A stretch of 64,000 nt of DNA from Calditrichia bacterium (GCA_020634975.1 JACKAQ010000001.1:297808-361807); one strand, 5' to 3'; counted from the stretch's first letter, positions 19,272-29,282 are shown. A program made the numbers and translations. Notes: a model not told the origin generated them from the letters alone.

Positions 19272-19716
19272 ATCGATCGATCGCCACAAAGAATTGATGA
19301 TGAAACAGATCGACGGAGAAATTTCACCCGGCGAAGCACAGGAACTGGCTGAAATATTGTCGGAAAATCCGGAGCTGCAATCGGAATACAACATGCTAAA
19401 AACGGCAAAAGAGAAAGCACAAACTATGAAATCGCATCACTTGCCGGAGCTGGTGTGGGAAGATTATTGGGGAAAATTATACAACCGGATGGAACGCGGC
19501 ATCGCCTGGATTCTCGTTTCCATCGGTGCAATTCTTGTTTTGGGCTATGCACTGTGGGAATTTTTGTCGCAACTTATGGCAGATTCAACAATGCCTGTTG
19601 CGCTCCGATTTGGCATTTTCGCCCTGTTTTTTGGCGCACTTATTCTGATTTTCTCGGTTTTCCGCGAGAAAATTTTGCTGCGAAAACACGATAAATATAA
19701 GGAGATTCAACGATGA
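19264..19716 (+). CDS. Putative membrane-anchored anti-sigma factor
   Basis: It overlaps the sigma gene by 8 nt. It has a cytoplasmic N-terminal helix and a single TM segment (WILVSIGAILVLGYALW), a typical ECF partner. Confidence 0.5.
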   Translation: MNRSIDRHKELMMKQIDGEISPGEAQELAEILSENPELQSEYNMLKTAKEKAQTMKSHHLPELVWEDYWGKLYNRMERGIAWILVSIGAILVLGYALWEFLSQLMADSTMPVALRFGIFALFFGALILIFSVFREKILLRKHDKYKEIQR

Positions 19717-20030
19717 TCGAGCTAAGTTCAATGGATAACATTCCCGGAAAAACCATTACAAAATCTTTGGGCATTGCCAAAGGCAACACGATCCGGGCGC
19801 GGCATATCGGCAAAGATATTCTGGCAGGATTGAAAACAATTATCGGCGGTGAAATTGAGGAATACACCAAACTCATTGCGGAAGCACGGGAGCAAGCACT
19901 TGACCGGATGATCGAAGATGCCCGTTCACTCGGCGCAAATGCAATTGTAAATGTCAGATTTTCAACATCTTACGTAATGGGTTCTGCGTCGGAAATTTTG
20001 GCGTACGGTACCGCCGTTTTTGTCGAATAA
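19713..20030 (+). CDS. ybjQ: YbjQ/UPF0145 (DUF74) family protein
   Basis: It overlaps the anti-sigma gene with ATGA. The sequence is MIELSS...IGGEIEEYTKLIAEAREQALDRMIEDARSLGANAIVNVRF, characteristic of the family. Confidence 0.8.
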   Translation: MIELSSMDNIPGKTITKSLGIAKGNTIRARHIGKDILAGLKTIIGGEIEEYTKLIAEAREQALDRMIEDARSLGANAIVNVRFSTSYVMGSASEILAYGTAVFVE

Positions 20031-20101
20031 TCATTGCGGAACGGCTGCGATCGTTCCCGGCAATACGCAACACACAACTTTTTTACGCTTCGGAGAAAAA
20101 A

Positions 20102-21550
20102 ATGAAACCGTTAATCACAACCTTGCTGGCAATCGGAATTCTCGCCGGCGTGATTGCCTGCGGCACAAACGGCAACGCGCAGGATGTGCCGGACGCCGTT
20201 TTAGGCAACTGGGAAGGCAAATTGAAAGTGCAGGCGATGGAGCTGCGGCTGGTGTTCCGTTTCGCGAAAACCGCCGAAAAAGTGACTGCCGAAATGGACA
20301 GCCCGGATCAGGGGACAACCGGCATTCCGGTGAGCAATGTGAGTGTGAATGGCGATCAATTGGCTATCGAAGTATCAACAATTAATGGCACTTACAGCGG
20401 CACACTATCGCCGGACGGCAACACAGTGGACGGCAAATGGAAGCAGAGCGGGATGGAATTTCCGTTGGAAATGAAGCGAGTGAGCGAACTAACCAAACTC
20501 AACCGGCCGCAGGAACCGCAGCCACCATTTCCCTACCAAACGGAAGATGTGACATTCAAAAATGATCCAGCGAAAATCGAACTTGCCGGAACGCTGTGCA
20601 TTCCCACCGGCGACGGCCCTTTTCCGGCGGCAGTGCTCATTTCCGGCTCCGGCCCGCAAGATCGCGATGAATTTTTGCTCGGGCACAAACCGTTTTGGGT
20701 GATTGCCGATGATTTGGTACGGCGCGGCATTGCTGTTTTGCGATATGACGATCGCGGTGTCGGCAAATCCACCGGCGATTTTGGCGCAGCAACCAGCCAA
20801 GATTTTGCAACGGATGCCTTTGCCGCGGTGAAATTTTTGCAATCGCGCGGGGAAATTGATCGCGGGAAAATCGGGCTGATCGGGCATAGCGAAGGCGGAT
20901 TGATCGCGCCGATTGTCGCAGTCGATCATCCGGACGCAATCGCGTTTATCGTAATGCTGGCCGGTCCGGGGCTGCCCGGCGACCAGATTTTGGAAATGCA
21001 ATATCAACTTATTGGAAAACAATCAGGGCTCAGTGAAGAATTATTGACGTTTACCAAAGAAAATAGCCATAAAACCTATGAAATTATCAAGACCGAGCCG
21101 GACAATCAAAAAGCAGCCCAAAAACTGCGCGATTTGTTCGATGAAAATTGGGAAAAAATGAGCGATTCTTTAAAAGCTGAAGCGCAAAAATCCGGTGATC
21201 CCAAACAGCAGCTCGAGCAAAACATTCAAATTTTGACCAATCCCTGGTTTCGCTTTTTTTTGAGTTACGATCCGCGACCGACGCTTGCAAAAGTACAGTG
21301 CCCGGTTTTGGCAATTAACGGAGAGCTGGATTTGCAAGTGCCACCAAAGGAAAATCTGGCAGCAATAGAAACCGCGCTTAAATCCGGTAAAAACAGCGAT
21401 GTAACCGTAAAAGAATTTCTAAAACTCAACCACCTTTTTCAGACATCGACCACCGGCGGACCGGATGAATATGGCAATATCGAGGAAACATTTGCCCCGG
21501 TTGCACTGGATTTTATGGGAGAATGGATCGTCGAACGGTTTGTGAAATAG
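20102..21550 (+). CDS. Lipoprotein alpha/beta-hydrolase
   Basis: It has a lipobox (LAGVIAC), a GHSEGG nucleophile elbow and an a/b-hydrolase core. Confidence 0.7.
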   Translation: MKPLITTLLAIGILAGVIACGTNGNAQDVPDAVLGNWEGKLKVQAMELRLVFRFAKTAEKVTAEMDSPDQGTTGIPVSNVSVNGDQLAIEVSTINGTYSGTLSPDGNTVDGKWKQSGMEFPLEMKRVSELTKLNRPQEPQPPFPYQTEDVTFKNDPAKIELAGTLCIPTGDGPFPAAVLISGSGPQDRDEFLLGHKPFWVIADDLVRRGIAVLRYDDRGVGKSTGDFGAATSQDFATDAFAAVKFLQSRGEIDRGKIGLIGHSEGGLIAPIVAVDHPDAIAFIVMLAGPGLPGDQILEMQYQLIGKQSGLSEELLTFTKENSHKTYEIIKTEPDNQKAAQKLRDLFDENWEKMSDSLKAEAQKSGDPKQQLEQNIQILTNPWFRFFLSYDPRPTLAKVQCPVLAINGELDLQVPPKENLAAIETALKSGKNSDVTVKEFLKLNHLFQTSTTGGPDEYGNIEETFAPVALDFMGEWIVERFVK

Positions 21551-21583
21551 ATTCTTTTGGCAGGATAAAATGAATGTTTACAA

Positions 21584-21611
21584 AAAAGCGTGCAGTTTTG
21601 CACGCTTTTTT
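21584..21611. terminator. Bidirectional terminator hairpin
   Basis: AAAAGCGTGCAGTTTTGCACGCTTTTTT lies between convergent genes. Confidence 0.55.
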
Positions 21612-21617
21612 GTTGAA

Positions 21618-22364
21618 CTAAACCACATCAATTTCACCGGCGGAGGCAAAAATATGGTGCGGACGCCATGCAACTGTGTCGATATCTTCGCGGGTGCTGA
21701 CACCGGTGAGCACCAGAATCGTCTCCAGTCCGGCTTGAATGCCTGCCAGAATGTCTGTCTGCAAATTGTCCCCGACAATCACGGTGTTTTCCGAATGCGC
21801 ATCAATATTATTGAGCGCCGCTCGCATAATCCATGCGCTCGGTTTGCCCATATACAGCGGTTTTTTGCCGGTGATTCGCTCAATCGGCGCACATAACGCG
21901 CCGCAAGCCGGATAGCCTTTCGGTCCGGCAACGTCCGGATTGGTGCCGATAAACCGTGCACCTTCCATAATATGGTAAGATGCCTTCCGGATCATTTCCC
22001 AATTGTATGATCGCGTTTCCCCGACAATTACAAAATCAGGATCGATATCCGTAATCGTAAAACCGATTTTATACAATTCATGCGTTAAAGCGCCCTCACC
22101 GATAACATATGCTTTTCTCCCGTCCTGTTTTTCCAGAAAATCCGCAGTTGCCATTGCCGATGTGTATAAATTTTCCGCCGGAACTTTGATGCCCGCAGAC
22201 GCCAGCCGGTTTTGCAAATCCTGTTGCGTTTGCGACGGATAATTGGTCAAAATCACCAATGGGTTGCCCTGTTTCAACAGTCGTGCAATAAATTTATCCG
22301 CACCGGGAATCAGTGCGTTGTTGTGCAGTAACACCCCGTCAATGTCGCAGATGACGTTTTTCAT
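21618..22364 (-). CDS. nagD: HAD-superfamily subfamily IIA phosphatase (NagD/UmpH-like)
   Basis: The sequence is DIDGVL...GKPSAWIMRAA...VGDNLQTDILAG, with HAD motifs I to IV. Confidence 0.85.
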   Translation of the reverse strand: MKNVICDIDGVLLHNNALIPGADKFIARLLKQGNPLVILTNYPSQTQQDLQNRLASAGIKVPAENLYTSAMATADFLEKQDGRKAYVIGEGALTHELYKIGFTITDIDPDFVIVGETRSYNWEMIRKASYHIMEGARFIGTNPDVAGPKGYPACGALCAPIERITGKKPLYMGKPSAWIMRAALNNIDAHSENTVIVGDNLQTDILAGIQAGLETILVLTGVSTREDIDTVAWRPHHIFASAGEIDVV

Positions 22365-22457
22365 TTTGCTCCCAGATCAATATTGCAATTGTTCGTTTCA
22401 ATCGTTAAACTTACAAATAGATGTTTGCATTCTACAACTCAATAATAATCTGTTCAC

Positions 22458-25154
22458 ATGAGACTTATCATGGATTGTTTTCCAAAAAGCATCCAGTTCC
22501 GGCATCCGTGGCGCAATTACCAGCAACGGGTTTTGGATGAACTCGCATCTCATCTTAATGATCGAAAATTGCATGTGATTGCTCCACCGGGTTCGGGAAA
22601 AACCGTTTTGGGGATCGAGGCTATGTTGCGCATTGGCCGTCCAACGCTGATTCTTTCTCCAACAATCACGATACGCAATCAATGGATCGAACGGCTGATG
22701 ACAGATTTTTTGCAAACAAACAACCGCCCGGACTGGATTTCGCACTCTATTCACAATCCCAAATTTGTAACTGTTTCTACTTATCAGGGCTTGCACGCAG
22801 TGATGTCCGGAATGAAAAAGGATCCGGCACCCATTGAATCTGATCATAACCCGCCTATTTCCGGATCAAACAAAACAAAAACGTTTTTAACCGCAATCGA
22901 GAAATTAGGGATTTCAACAATCATTGTCGATGAAGCGCATCACCTCAAAAATGAGTGGTGGAAAAGTCTGATGAGTTTTGTCGAACATATTCCCCAACCA
23001 CATATTGTTGCCTTAACCGCAACACCGCCATACGATGTTTCTTATGCGGAATGGCAACGCTATCAAGACCTTTGCGGCGAGGTTGATGCTGAAATTTCTG
23101 TGCCGGAACTAATGATATCCGGTGATTTATCACCACATCAGGATTTCATATATTTCTCGACTCCCAGCGAGGCAGAGACACAAACTATCCGGGAATTTCA
23201 GAACGCAGTCATGCAAATTCAGGAAGAGATTGAGCTGTCGCCGGAATTAAGTGACCTCGTTTTGGCTCATCCATGGATTCAATTTCCGTTCAAAAATATC
23301 GAAGCCATTCTGGATAAACCGGATTATTATTCCAGTATGCTGATTTATCTGAAACATACCGGGCATCTCATAAATCAAGAGAACATAGATATTTATCAAT
23401 TTGAAATTTCAGATATTCCCAAGCTGGACCTCGAATGGCTGGAAATTTTTCTAACGCATATTTTTTACAACGATCATGAGCATTATCAACCCGTTGATGC
23501 TGTGTTGAGCAAATGGCAAAAGCTTCTTAAACAAGCTGGTGCAATTTATCGACGCAAAGTGACATTGCAGGATTCTGAGATAATTCAGAAAGCGTTAAAC
23601 AGCAGCGTGAGCAAACTGGACAGCATTGTATCAATTTTTCGAGAGGAATATAAGGTGTTGCGCCAGCGGCTGCGGTTGGTAATTTTAACGGATTTTATCC
23701 GAAAATCGGATATGCCAACTTTTGAATTCCCTGATATTGGAATGAAGCGTTTGGGTGTTGTACCAATTTTTGAACAGTTACGGCGGGAATTTATAGACGA
23801 TATTCAGATTTGCGCCCTCAGTGGTTCGTTGGTGATCATCCCGGAAACCGTTTTCGGCGAATTTGAAATTGCAGCCATTGAATTTGGAATCGCTAGAAAC
23901 GATTTCCGCACTTTCCCGCTCGCACACGATCCGGGATTTTTGCGGATTGAATCGTTTTCCGGCAAACAACAGCACATCGTCCGAATCATCACTCACCTTT
24001 TCGCAACTGGTCAACTAAACATTATTGTCGGAACGAAATCGTTACTCGGAGAAGGGTGGGATGCACCGGCAATCAACACACTTATTTTAGCAACCACCGT
24101 TGGATCATTCGTGCTCTCCAACCAAATGCGTGGCAGGGCAATACGCATATTAAAAAATGATCCGGAAAAAGTTGCAAATATCTGGCATTTGGTGTGCGCG
24201 GAAAAAGAATTGAGCAACGGCGGCAGCGATTTTATGATACTCAAACGTCGGTTTAAGGCGTTTGTGGGAATTTCAAATAATGATCCGGAAATTGCCAACG
24301 GTATTCAACGAATGGGTGAATTAAACCTAAATGAAAATACAGTTGCAAAAATCAATCAACAGATGCTCGCGATAGCAACGCAGCGGCACCAAATTCGCAA
24401 GAAATGGACTGCCGCACTCGCAACCGGTAACATGAAAGCCAATATGGTCGAAGAAATTAACGCCCCAAAACAGTCTGTAAGGAGCGGTGTTGGTATACGC
24501 TATTTGCGAAAAAAAGCAATGCTGGCGGGTATCACAGCGGGCAGTTTTTTGACAACTTTTCTTGCTTACCTGGCTTTGGGAGGCACATCCGCTGAAGGGC
24601 TAAGTGTAGTATTTTTAATGGGATCGGGATTGGCAAACATCTACCTTTTGCCGATAACAGCCCGGCAAATTTGGCATTATTTTACATCCGGACCAGAACC
24701 CAAAAGTGTTGAGTTGATAGCAAATATTTTATTAAAATCGCTATTTGATAGCGGTTTCATCCGTACGCCATTGGAGCAACTAAAAATCGTTATAAAATAC
24801 ATAAACTCAGAAGAAATAACCTGTTATCTGATTGGTGGAAATTCCCACGAAAAAGCTACATTTCTGGATGCTGTTCACGAGATGCTTTCTCCTGTTGATA
24901 ACCCGCGATATTTGATTGCGTTGTTAAATGACAGAAAACCACGCAATAATGAATTTTACACCGTCCCAAAAATATTGGCAAAACACAAATCATCTGCAGA
25001 AAATTTGATTGCTTATTGGGAAAAGGAAATTGGCAAAGCCAGGTTGATTTTTACAAGAACAATTGAGGGTCGCCAATATTTATTGCAGGCAAGAATTCAA
25101 TCGTTGAAAATGTTACGCCAGAAAAAGATAGACCGGCAACGGATTTGGAAATAA
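22458..25154 (+). CDS. SF2 DEAD/DEAH-box (ResIII-like) helicase with a large insertion and a C-terminal predicted membrane-anchored region
   Basis: Motifs present are Q (RNYQQ), Walker A (PPGSGKT), DEAH (VDEAHH), motif III (TATP) and motif VI (QMRGRAIR). TM-like segments lie at ~aa 690-740 (AGITAGSFLTTFLAYLALGG, VVFLMGSGLANIYLLPI). Confidence 0.7.
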   Translation: MRLIMDCFPKSIQFRHPWRNYQQRVLDELASHLNDRKLHVIAPPGSGKTVLGIEAMLRIGRPTLILSPTITIRNQWIERLMTDFLQTNNRPDWISHSIHNPKFVTVSTYQGLHAVMSGMKKDPAPIESDHNPPISGSNKTKTFLTAIEKLGISTIIVDEAHHLKNEWWKSLMSFVEHIPQPHIVALTATPPYDVSYAEWQRYQDLCGEVDAEISVPELMISGDLSPHQDFIYFSTPSEAETQTIREFQNAVMQIQEEIELSPELSDLVLAHPWIQFPFKNIEAILDKPDYYSSMLIYLKHTGHLINQENIDIYQFEISDIPKLDLEWLEIFLTHIFYNDHEHYQPVDAVLSKWQKLLKQAGAIYRRKVTLQDSEIIQKALNSSVSKLDSIVSIFREEYKVLRQRLRLVILTDFIRKSDMPTFEFPDIGMKRLGVVPIFEQLRREFIDDIQICALSGSLVIIPETVFGEFEIAAIEFGIARNDFRTFPLAHDPGFLRIESFSGKQQHIVRIITHLFATGQLNIIVGTKSLLGEGWDAPAINTLILATTVGSFVLSNQMRGRAIRILKNDPEKVANIWHLVCAEKELSNGGSDFMILKRRFKAFVGISNNDPEIANGIQRMGELNLNENTVAKINQQMLAIATQRHQIRKKWTAALATGNMKANMVEEINAPKQSVRSGVGIRYLRKKAMLAGITAGSFLTTFLAYLALGGTSAEGLSVVFLMGSGLANIYLLPITARQIWHYFTSGPEPKSVELIANILLKSLFDSGFIRTPLEQLKIVIKYINSEEITCYLIGGNSHEKATFLDAVHEMLSPVDNPRYLIALLNDRKPRNNEFYTVPKILAKHKSSAENLIAYWEKEIGKARLIFTRTIEGRQYLLQARIQSLKMLRQKKIDRQRIWK

Positions 25155-25176
25155 AACATTGCCGGTTGTTCATCAA

Positions 25177-26217
25177 TCATGAAACCCGAACCGTATCCAA
25201 TCCCCACTGAATCACTTTCAATTGAAAGCGCACCGCATTTTGAAAATCCAGCGGTTTCAGCCCGAACTCTTTGATCTCTTTTGCAATGGATTCGCCATTT
25301 GCCAATTTGAGGCGCAACGCCGGCAATTTTTCTTTGAAAGCAAGATATCGCTCCGGCGTACCGGTATATTTCAGCGAAGGATTTTCTACAATAAACAACG
25401 GCAGTTCGGTTACCAAACACAGCAGATCGCCACCGAGCGAGCGGATAAATTCCATCGAGCTAAGGTGAAATTTTTCAGCAGTTTGCGGATCGTTTTGCGA
25501 CAGAAAATACGCTTGCATCGCCCGGCCTTCCGGTGTGGTGGTAAATCCCGGAGCGATATAATCAAACCCTTTCTCCCCGCCCCTGTCGTGATCGTGTCGC
25601 CGCAATCCGAGTTCGTTGGCGAGCAGCACAAATTTTTGCTGAATGCGTTCCGTTCGCTCAATCCAGTTGCGGTCGATGAGCAACATTGCGCCTTCCGAAA
25701 ACGCCATTCCGTGCAGACTGATGTGCAAATCAAACGGCCCAAATTCCCGCCAGATTTCCGTTGCCAACCGGTTTTCCGACCGCATTTCCGGATAGCCGAA
25801 CTCGATATCCTGTCCGGGCTGTTCCCGAAAAACGTGGTGAATAAATTCAGAAACATCCGGCCATTTGCGAATCCAAGATTGATTTTTTGCCTCGCCATCC
25901 GGGTTGATATGCGGAAAAATTACAAACCGGAAATCCGCCAGAATATCGGCGAACGCTTCGCGATGGCGCAGTATTTCGCAAATAAACATGCGCAGCGTTT
26001 CCGGCCCAACCGGCTCATCGGAATGCGATCCGGCAATCAGGCTGACGGTTTTGGCGCCGTTGCCCAAAATTACCGCGTCAACCGGACGACCGCCCTCGCT
26101 CTTTCCGGCAACGCGATATTCGGCAATATCGCTATTTGCAGCGCACGACTGTTTGATTTCATCGCGAACGGCATCGCTTTCGCGAAAATTTTCCGGTAAT
26201 TTGAAACGTTTTAGCAT
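25177..26217 (-). CDS. M14-like zinc carboxypeptidase / succinylglutamate desuccinylase-aspartoacylase family protein
   Basis: It has the Zn ligand-like HSDEP, PHINPDGE and DLHISLHGM motifs. Confidence 0.45.
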   Translation of the reverse strand: MLKRFKLPENFRESDAVRDEIKQSCAANSDIAEYRVAGKSEGGRPVDAVILGNGAKTVSLIAGSHSDEPVGPETLRMFICEILRHREAFADILADFRFVIFPHINPDGEAKNQSWIRKWPDVSEFIHHVFREQPGQDIEFGYPEMRSENRLATEIWREFGPFDLHISLHGMAFSEGAMLLIDRNWIERTERIQQKFVLLANELGLRRHDHDRGGEKGFDYIAPGFTTTPEGRAMQAYFLSQNDPQTAEKFHLSSMEFIRSLGGDLLCLVTELPLFIVENPSLKYTGTPERYLAFKEKLPALRLKLANGESIAKEIKEFGLKPLDFQNAVRFQLKVIQWGLDTVRVS

Positions 26218-26267
26218 TGAATCACCTTGTGATAGACCGTTTATTGGTTTCCGATTTTTGTAAAAAA

Positions 26268-26945
26268 TTATCCGCCGAACAACGCAAAACCGCGTCTCGC
26301 TTCGCGGACAAATGTTGCCACCTTTTCAGCAGATTTCCGACCGTCCTCAGCCTCGACGCCGGTGTGCACATCCACCGCAGCCGGACGAACGATGCGAATC
26401 GCATCGAACACGTTTTCGGGTGTCAGTCCGCCGGCGAGCATCAGCGGTTTTGGGGAAATCTCCACGAGTTTCCGGCTGATTTGCCAATCGTGGGTTTTCC
26501 CGGTGGCACCATCCGCGCCCGTTGCCGGATCGTGCGTATCCGTAATAAAACCATCGACCAACGGCGCGAGTGTTTGGGTCATGTTTTCCAACTCGCTCAA
26601 ATTATCCCCGCGAACGATGAGGCTTTTTAAAATAAACACATCCGGCGCGGATTTCCGCAATTGTTGCAATTCTGCAAGTTCAATATTTCCATGAATTTGC
26701 ACGGTTTTGGCGTGCAGCATTTTGCACAATTCCAAAATTTCCGCCGCCGTGTTGAGATAGGTAATCAACACGCCAGAACGATTTTCCGGTAGATTGGCGA
26801 TAATCGCCGCTGCATCTGCATCGTTGATATCTTCCGCATTTACGGTCAATCGCAGCGGAAAGCCGAGCCAATCCACGCCCGAATCGAGCAGCAGTTGCGC
26901 TTCCGCAGCATCAATGATGCCGGCAATTTGAATGATATGTTTCAT
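26268..26945 (-). CDS. trpF: N-(5'-phosphoribosyl)anthranilate isomerase
   Basis: MKHIIQIAGI...KLVEISPKPLMLAGGLTPENV is a TIM-barrel TrpF signature. The six-frame ORF runs further upstream to 27563 only because there is no in-frame stop. Confidence 0.75.
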   Translation of the reverse strand: MKHIIQIAGIIDAAEAQLLLDSGVDWLGFPLRLTVNAEDINDADAAAIIANLPENRSGVLITYLNTAAEILELCKMLHAKTVQIHGNIELAELQQLRKSAPDVFILKSLIVRGDNLSELENMTQTLAPLVDGFITDTHDPATGADGATGKTHDWQISRKLVEISPKPLMLAGGLTPENVFDAIRIVRPAAVDVHTGVEAEDGRKSAEKVATFVREARRGFALFGG

Positions 26946-27083
26946 TTCGCAAGATAAACCATTGCGGCAGAAAATACAACCGGGATTCCGCATTCGCATG
27001 CGGCAACCGTTTGCTTTTTTGCTAACGCTTAAGTAACATTTATCTTTAAATTTATTACGATAAAACAAACTGCAGCGAAGAAA

Positions 27084-28049
27084 ATGAGAACAATCTCCGA
27101 AACACAACTGGACGAAATATTTGGCATCGGCAGCGCCGTCACATTTAAACAAGTGATTGAAGAAGCGCGAATGCTGGCAAAAATTCCCCGCCCGATCATG
27201 ATTCAGGGCGAACGCGGAACGGGCAAGGAATTGCTGGCGCGCGCCATTCATTTGGAAAGCGACCGGAAAAAACAACCGTATGTTGTGGTCAATTGTGCTG
27301 CGTTTCAGGAAGATTTGTTTGCTGCGGAAATGTTTGGCCGGGAAAAAGGCGCGTACACCGGCGCTGTTGATTCGCGTCCCGGCAGACTGGAACTGGCCGA
27401 CGGCGGCACGCTGTTTTTGGACGAAGTGGCGAATATGAGCCGTGCGGTTCAGGAAAAATTGCTTCGCGTGATCGAATATCAACAATTTGAACGGCTCGGC
27501 GGCAGCAAACCGATTTCGGTGGATGTGCGGATTATTGCCGCAACCAACGCCAATCTCGATCAACTCATGGAAAAATCAGAATTTTTGCCGGATTTGTATG
27601 ACCGGTTATCGTTTGCGGTGCTCACTTTGCCACCGCTGCGAAAACGACGGGAAGATATCCCATCGCTGATCGAACACTTCATTTGTCAACTCCACAAAGA
27701 AATTCCCAACCTCGAACACAAATCGTTTACGCCTTCCGCGATTCAGGAACTCCAGAATTACCATTGGCCGGGGAACATCCGGCAGCTCAAAAACATCATC
27801 GAGCGCATTTATATTTCCGACGAAGACGGTACCATCAACGCATCGGAACTGCCGATCGAAATTACATCTGTGGAACCGATCCGCGGTAATTTCTACGAAA
27901 AAGTGCGCGCGTACGAAATCAACCTGTTGCTCAACTCGCTGAAAGATTTTGATGGCAACCAGCGCGCCGCAGCCGAAAATCTTGGGATGTCTTACGACCA
28001 GTTCCGCCACTTCTACAAAAAATACAAGTTGGAAGATTATCTGGTGTAA
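27084..28049 (+). CDS. pspF: Sigma-54-dependent transcriptional activator, AAA+ domain plus C-terminal HTH only (PspF-like, no receiver or sensor domain)
   Basis: It has Walker A (GERGTGKE), a GAYTGA loop (GAFTGA variant), Walker B (LFLDEV), an arginine finger region and a C-terminal Fis-type HTH. Confidence 0.85.
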   Translation: MRTISETQLDEIFGIGSAVTFKQVIEEARMLAKIPRPIMIQGERGTGKELLARAIHLESDRKKQPYVVVNCAAFQEDLFAAEMFGREKGAYTGAVDSRPGRLELADGGTLFLDEVANMSRAVQEKLLRVIEYQQFERLGGSKPISVDVRIIAATNANLDQLMEKSEFLPDLYDRLSFAVLTLPPLRKRREDIPSLIEHFICQLHKEIPNLEHKSFTPSAIQELQNYHWPGNIRQLKNIIERIYISDEDGTINASELPIEITSVEPIRGNFYEKVRAYEINLLLNSLKDFDGNQRAAAENLGMSYDQFRHFYKKYKLEDYLV

Positions 28050-28118
28050 AACACCGACACCGTTGGCGCAATACACCAACCCGATTTCATAAGTTCAATA
28101 AAAACAATAGATTTATTT

Positions 28119-28134
28119 TGGCATTCAGATTGCA
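28119..28134 (+). promoter_or_regulatory. Sigma-54 (-24/-12) promoter
   Basis: TGGCAT-TCAGA-TTGCA has exact consensus spacing (GG at -24, GC at -12). It lies 70 nt downstream of the activator gene and ~180 nt upstream of the next ORF. Confidence 0.55.
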
Positions 28135-28312
28135 ATATTATGGCATGAAGCCTGTGAAGGGGCTGTTAAATGACCAAAATAAATGACAATATGAAACAGA
28201 TTTCCAGAAATTGTCGGGCAGATTTTCTCACCGGAAGATTTCCGGTTTATCCGCGGCAATTGCTGAGAAATATCTTTTTCAACGAACAAGCTTGAGTTTT
28301 TTGGGGTGTGTT

Positions 28313-28732
28313 ATGGTGCAGCAAGACCGTTTTCAATATGAAATGAAGAACATTCTGGAAGCAAAAACATTGCTGGTTGTGCGGGCTGCAAAGCGCGTTC
28401 ACTACCGGTTGGGCAATGTTTCCGATCAAAAAAATTATCTGGATGCATTACAACGCGAATTTGAAGCGGATCATATTCGCTTCAAGAAAGAAGAACCGCA
28501 GCCGGAAGAAGACCTGCCCTCGCGAAGGCTAAAAAAGGATTATCTCTGCTTTGGCAACATGCTGGTGCGAACTATTAATGGTAATGTGATTCCCGAAAAC
28601 GATATTTTAAATTTTCGTAAAGAGCTGAAAAGATTAAACTTGCAATGCGGACTGATCGTAGGATTTTCGGATGACGGCATTGTCGTTGAACGGGTGACGG
28701 TTACAGAATCAAATAAACACAATTTATCCTGA
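28313..28732 (+). CDS. Hypothetical protein, first gene after the sigma-54 promoter
   Basis: It is a 139-aa ORF co-directional with the cluster. I recognise no domain. Confidence 0.4.
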   Translation: MVQQDRFQYEMKNILEAKTLLVVRAAKRVHYRLGNVSDQKNYLDALQREFEADHIRFKKEEPQPEEDLPSRRLKKDYLCFGNMLVRTINGNVIPENDILNFRKELKRLNLQCGLIVGFSDDGIVVERVTVTESNKHNLS

Positions 28733-28748
28733 GCAAACGGAGCACATC

Positions 28749-29282
28749 ATGAAAACAGTACCGCTATTTGAAGAAGAGCAGCAATTTCGCCAACCCTGGC
28801 TGATGGCGCTGCTCGGCATTACGGTGGCGCCGATTACACTGTTTTTGATTTATGTGATGATTTCGCAACTGGTTTTCGGAATTCCGGTTGGCAGCAAACC
28901 GATGCCGAACGCGATGGCCATCTGGTTCATGCCGTTGATGGTGTTGATTTGCAGCGGCATTATTTGGTTGTTTTGGAAAAGCAAATTAATCGTTCGCATC
29001 GATTCGGAAATGCTGCTTATCCGTTTTTTCCCATTCACGAAACGGGAAATACCGCTCTCGAAAATCCGGGAATTTGAAGCGCGGAAATACAATCCGCTCG
29101 GCGAATACGGTGGTTGGGGCGTACGATTGGGCTGGAAAGGCGGCAAAGCCTACACGGTCAGCGGAAATCACGGTGTTCAATTTGTGTTTCGTAATGGCGA
29201 AAAATTGTTGATCGGCTCGCAAAAAGCGACAGAATTTGAAGCTGCACTGCGGAGCGCTCTCGCTGAAAAAATAGACAAATAA
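28749..29282 (+). CDS. Membrane protein with 2 TM helices plus a C-terminal bacterial-PH-like domain (hypothetical)
   Basis: It has two N-terminal TM segments followed by a ~90-aa beta-rich domain. Confidence 0.5.
   Translation: MKTVPLFEEEQQFRQPWLMALLGITVAPITLFLIYVMISQLVFGIPVGSKPMPNAMAIWFMPLMVLICSGIIWLFWKSKLIVRIDSEMLLIRFFPFTKREIPLSKIREFEARKYNPLGEYGGWGVRLGWKGGKAYTVSGNHGVQFVFRNGEKLLIGSQKATEFEAALRSALAEKIDK

Noticed and set aside
20020-20385. ORF 20020-20385 overlapping the start of the alpha/beta-hydrolase gene
   Set aside because: It is an out-of-frame overlap with a gene that has a lipoprotein signal and a ribosome-binding site. The translation is R/G-rich.
26946-27563. The six-frame ORF extends trpF upstream to 27563 (431 aa)
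   Set aside because: The TrpF homology and the start context begin at MKHIIQIAGI (26945). The extension overlaps the divergent promoter region and the start of the activator gene, and it is low-complexity.
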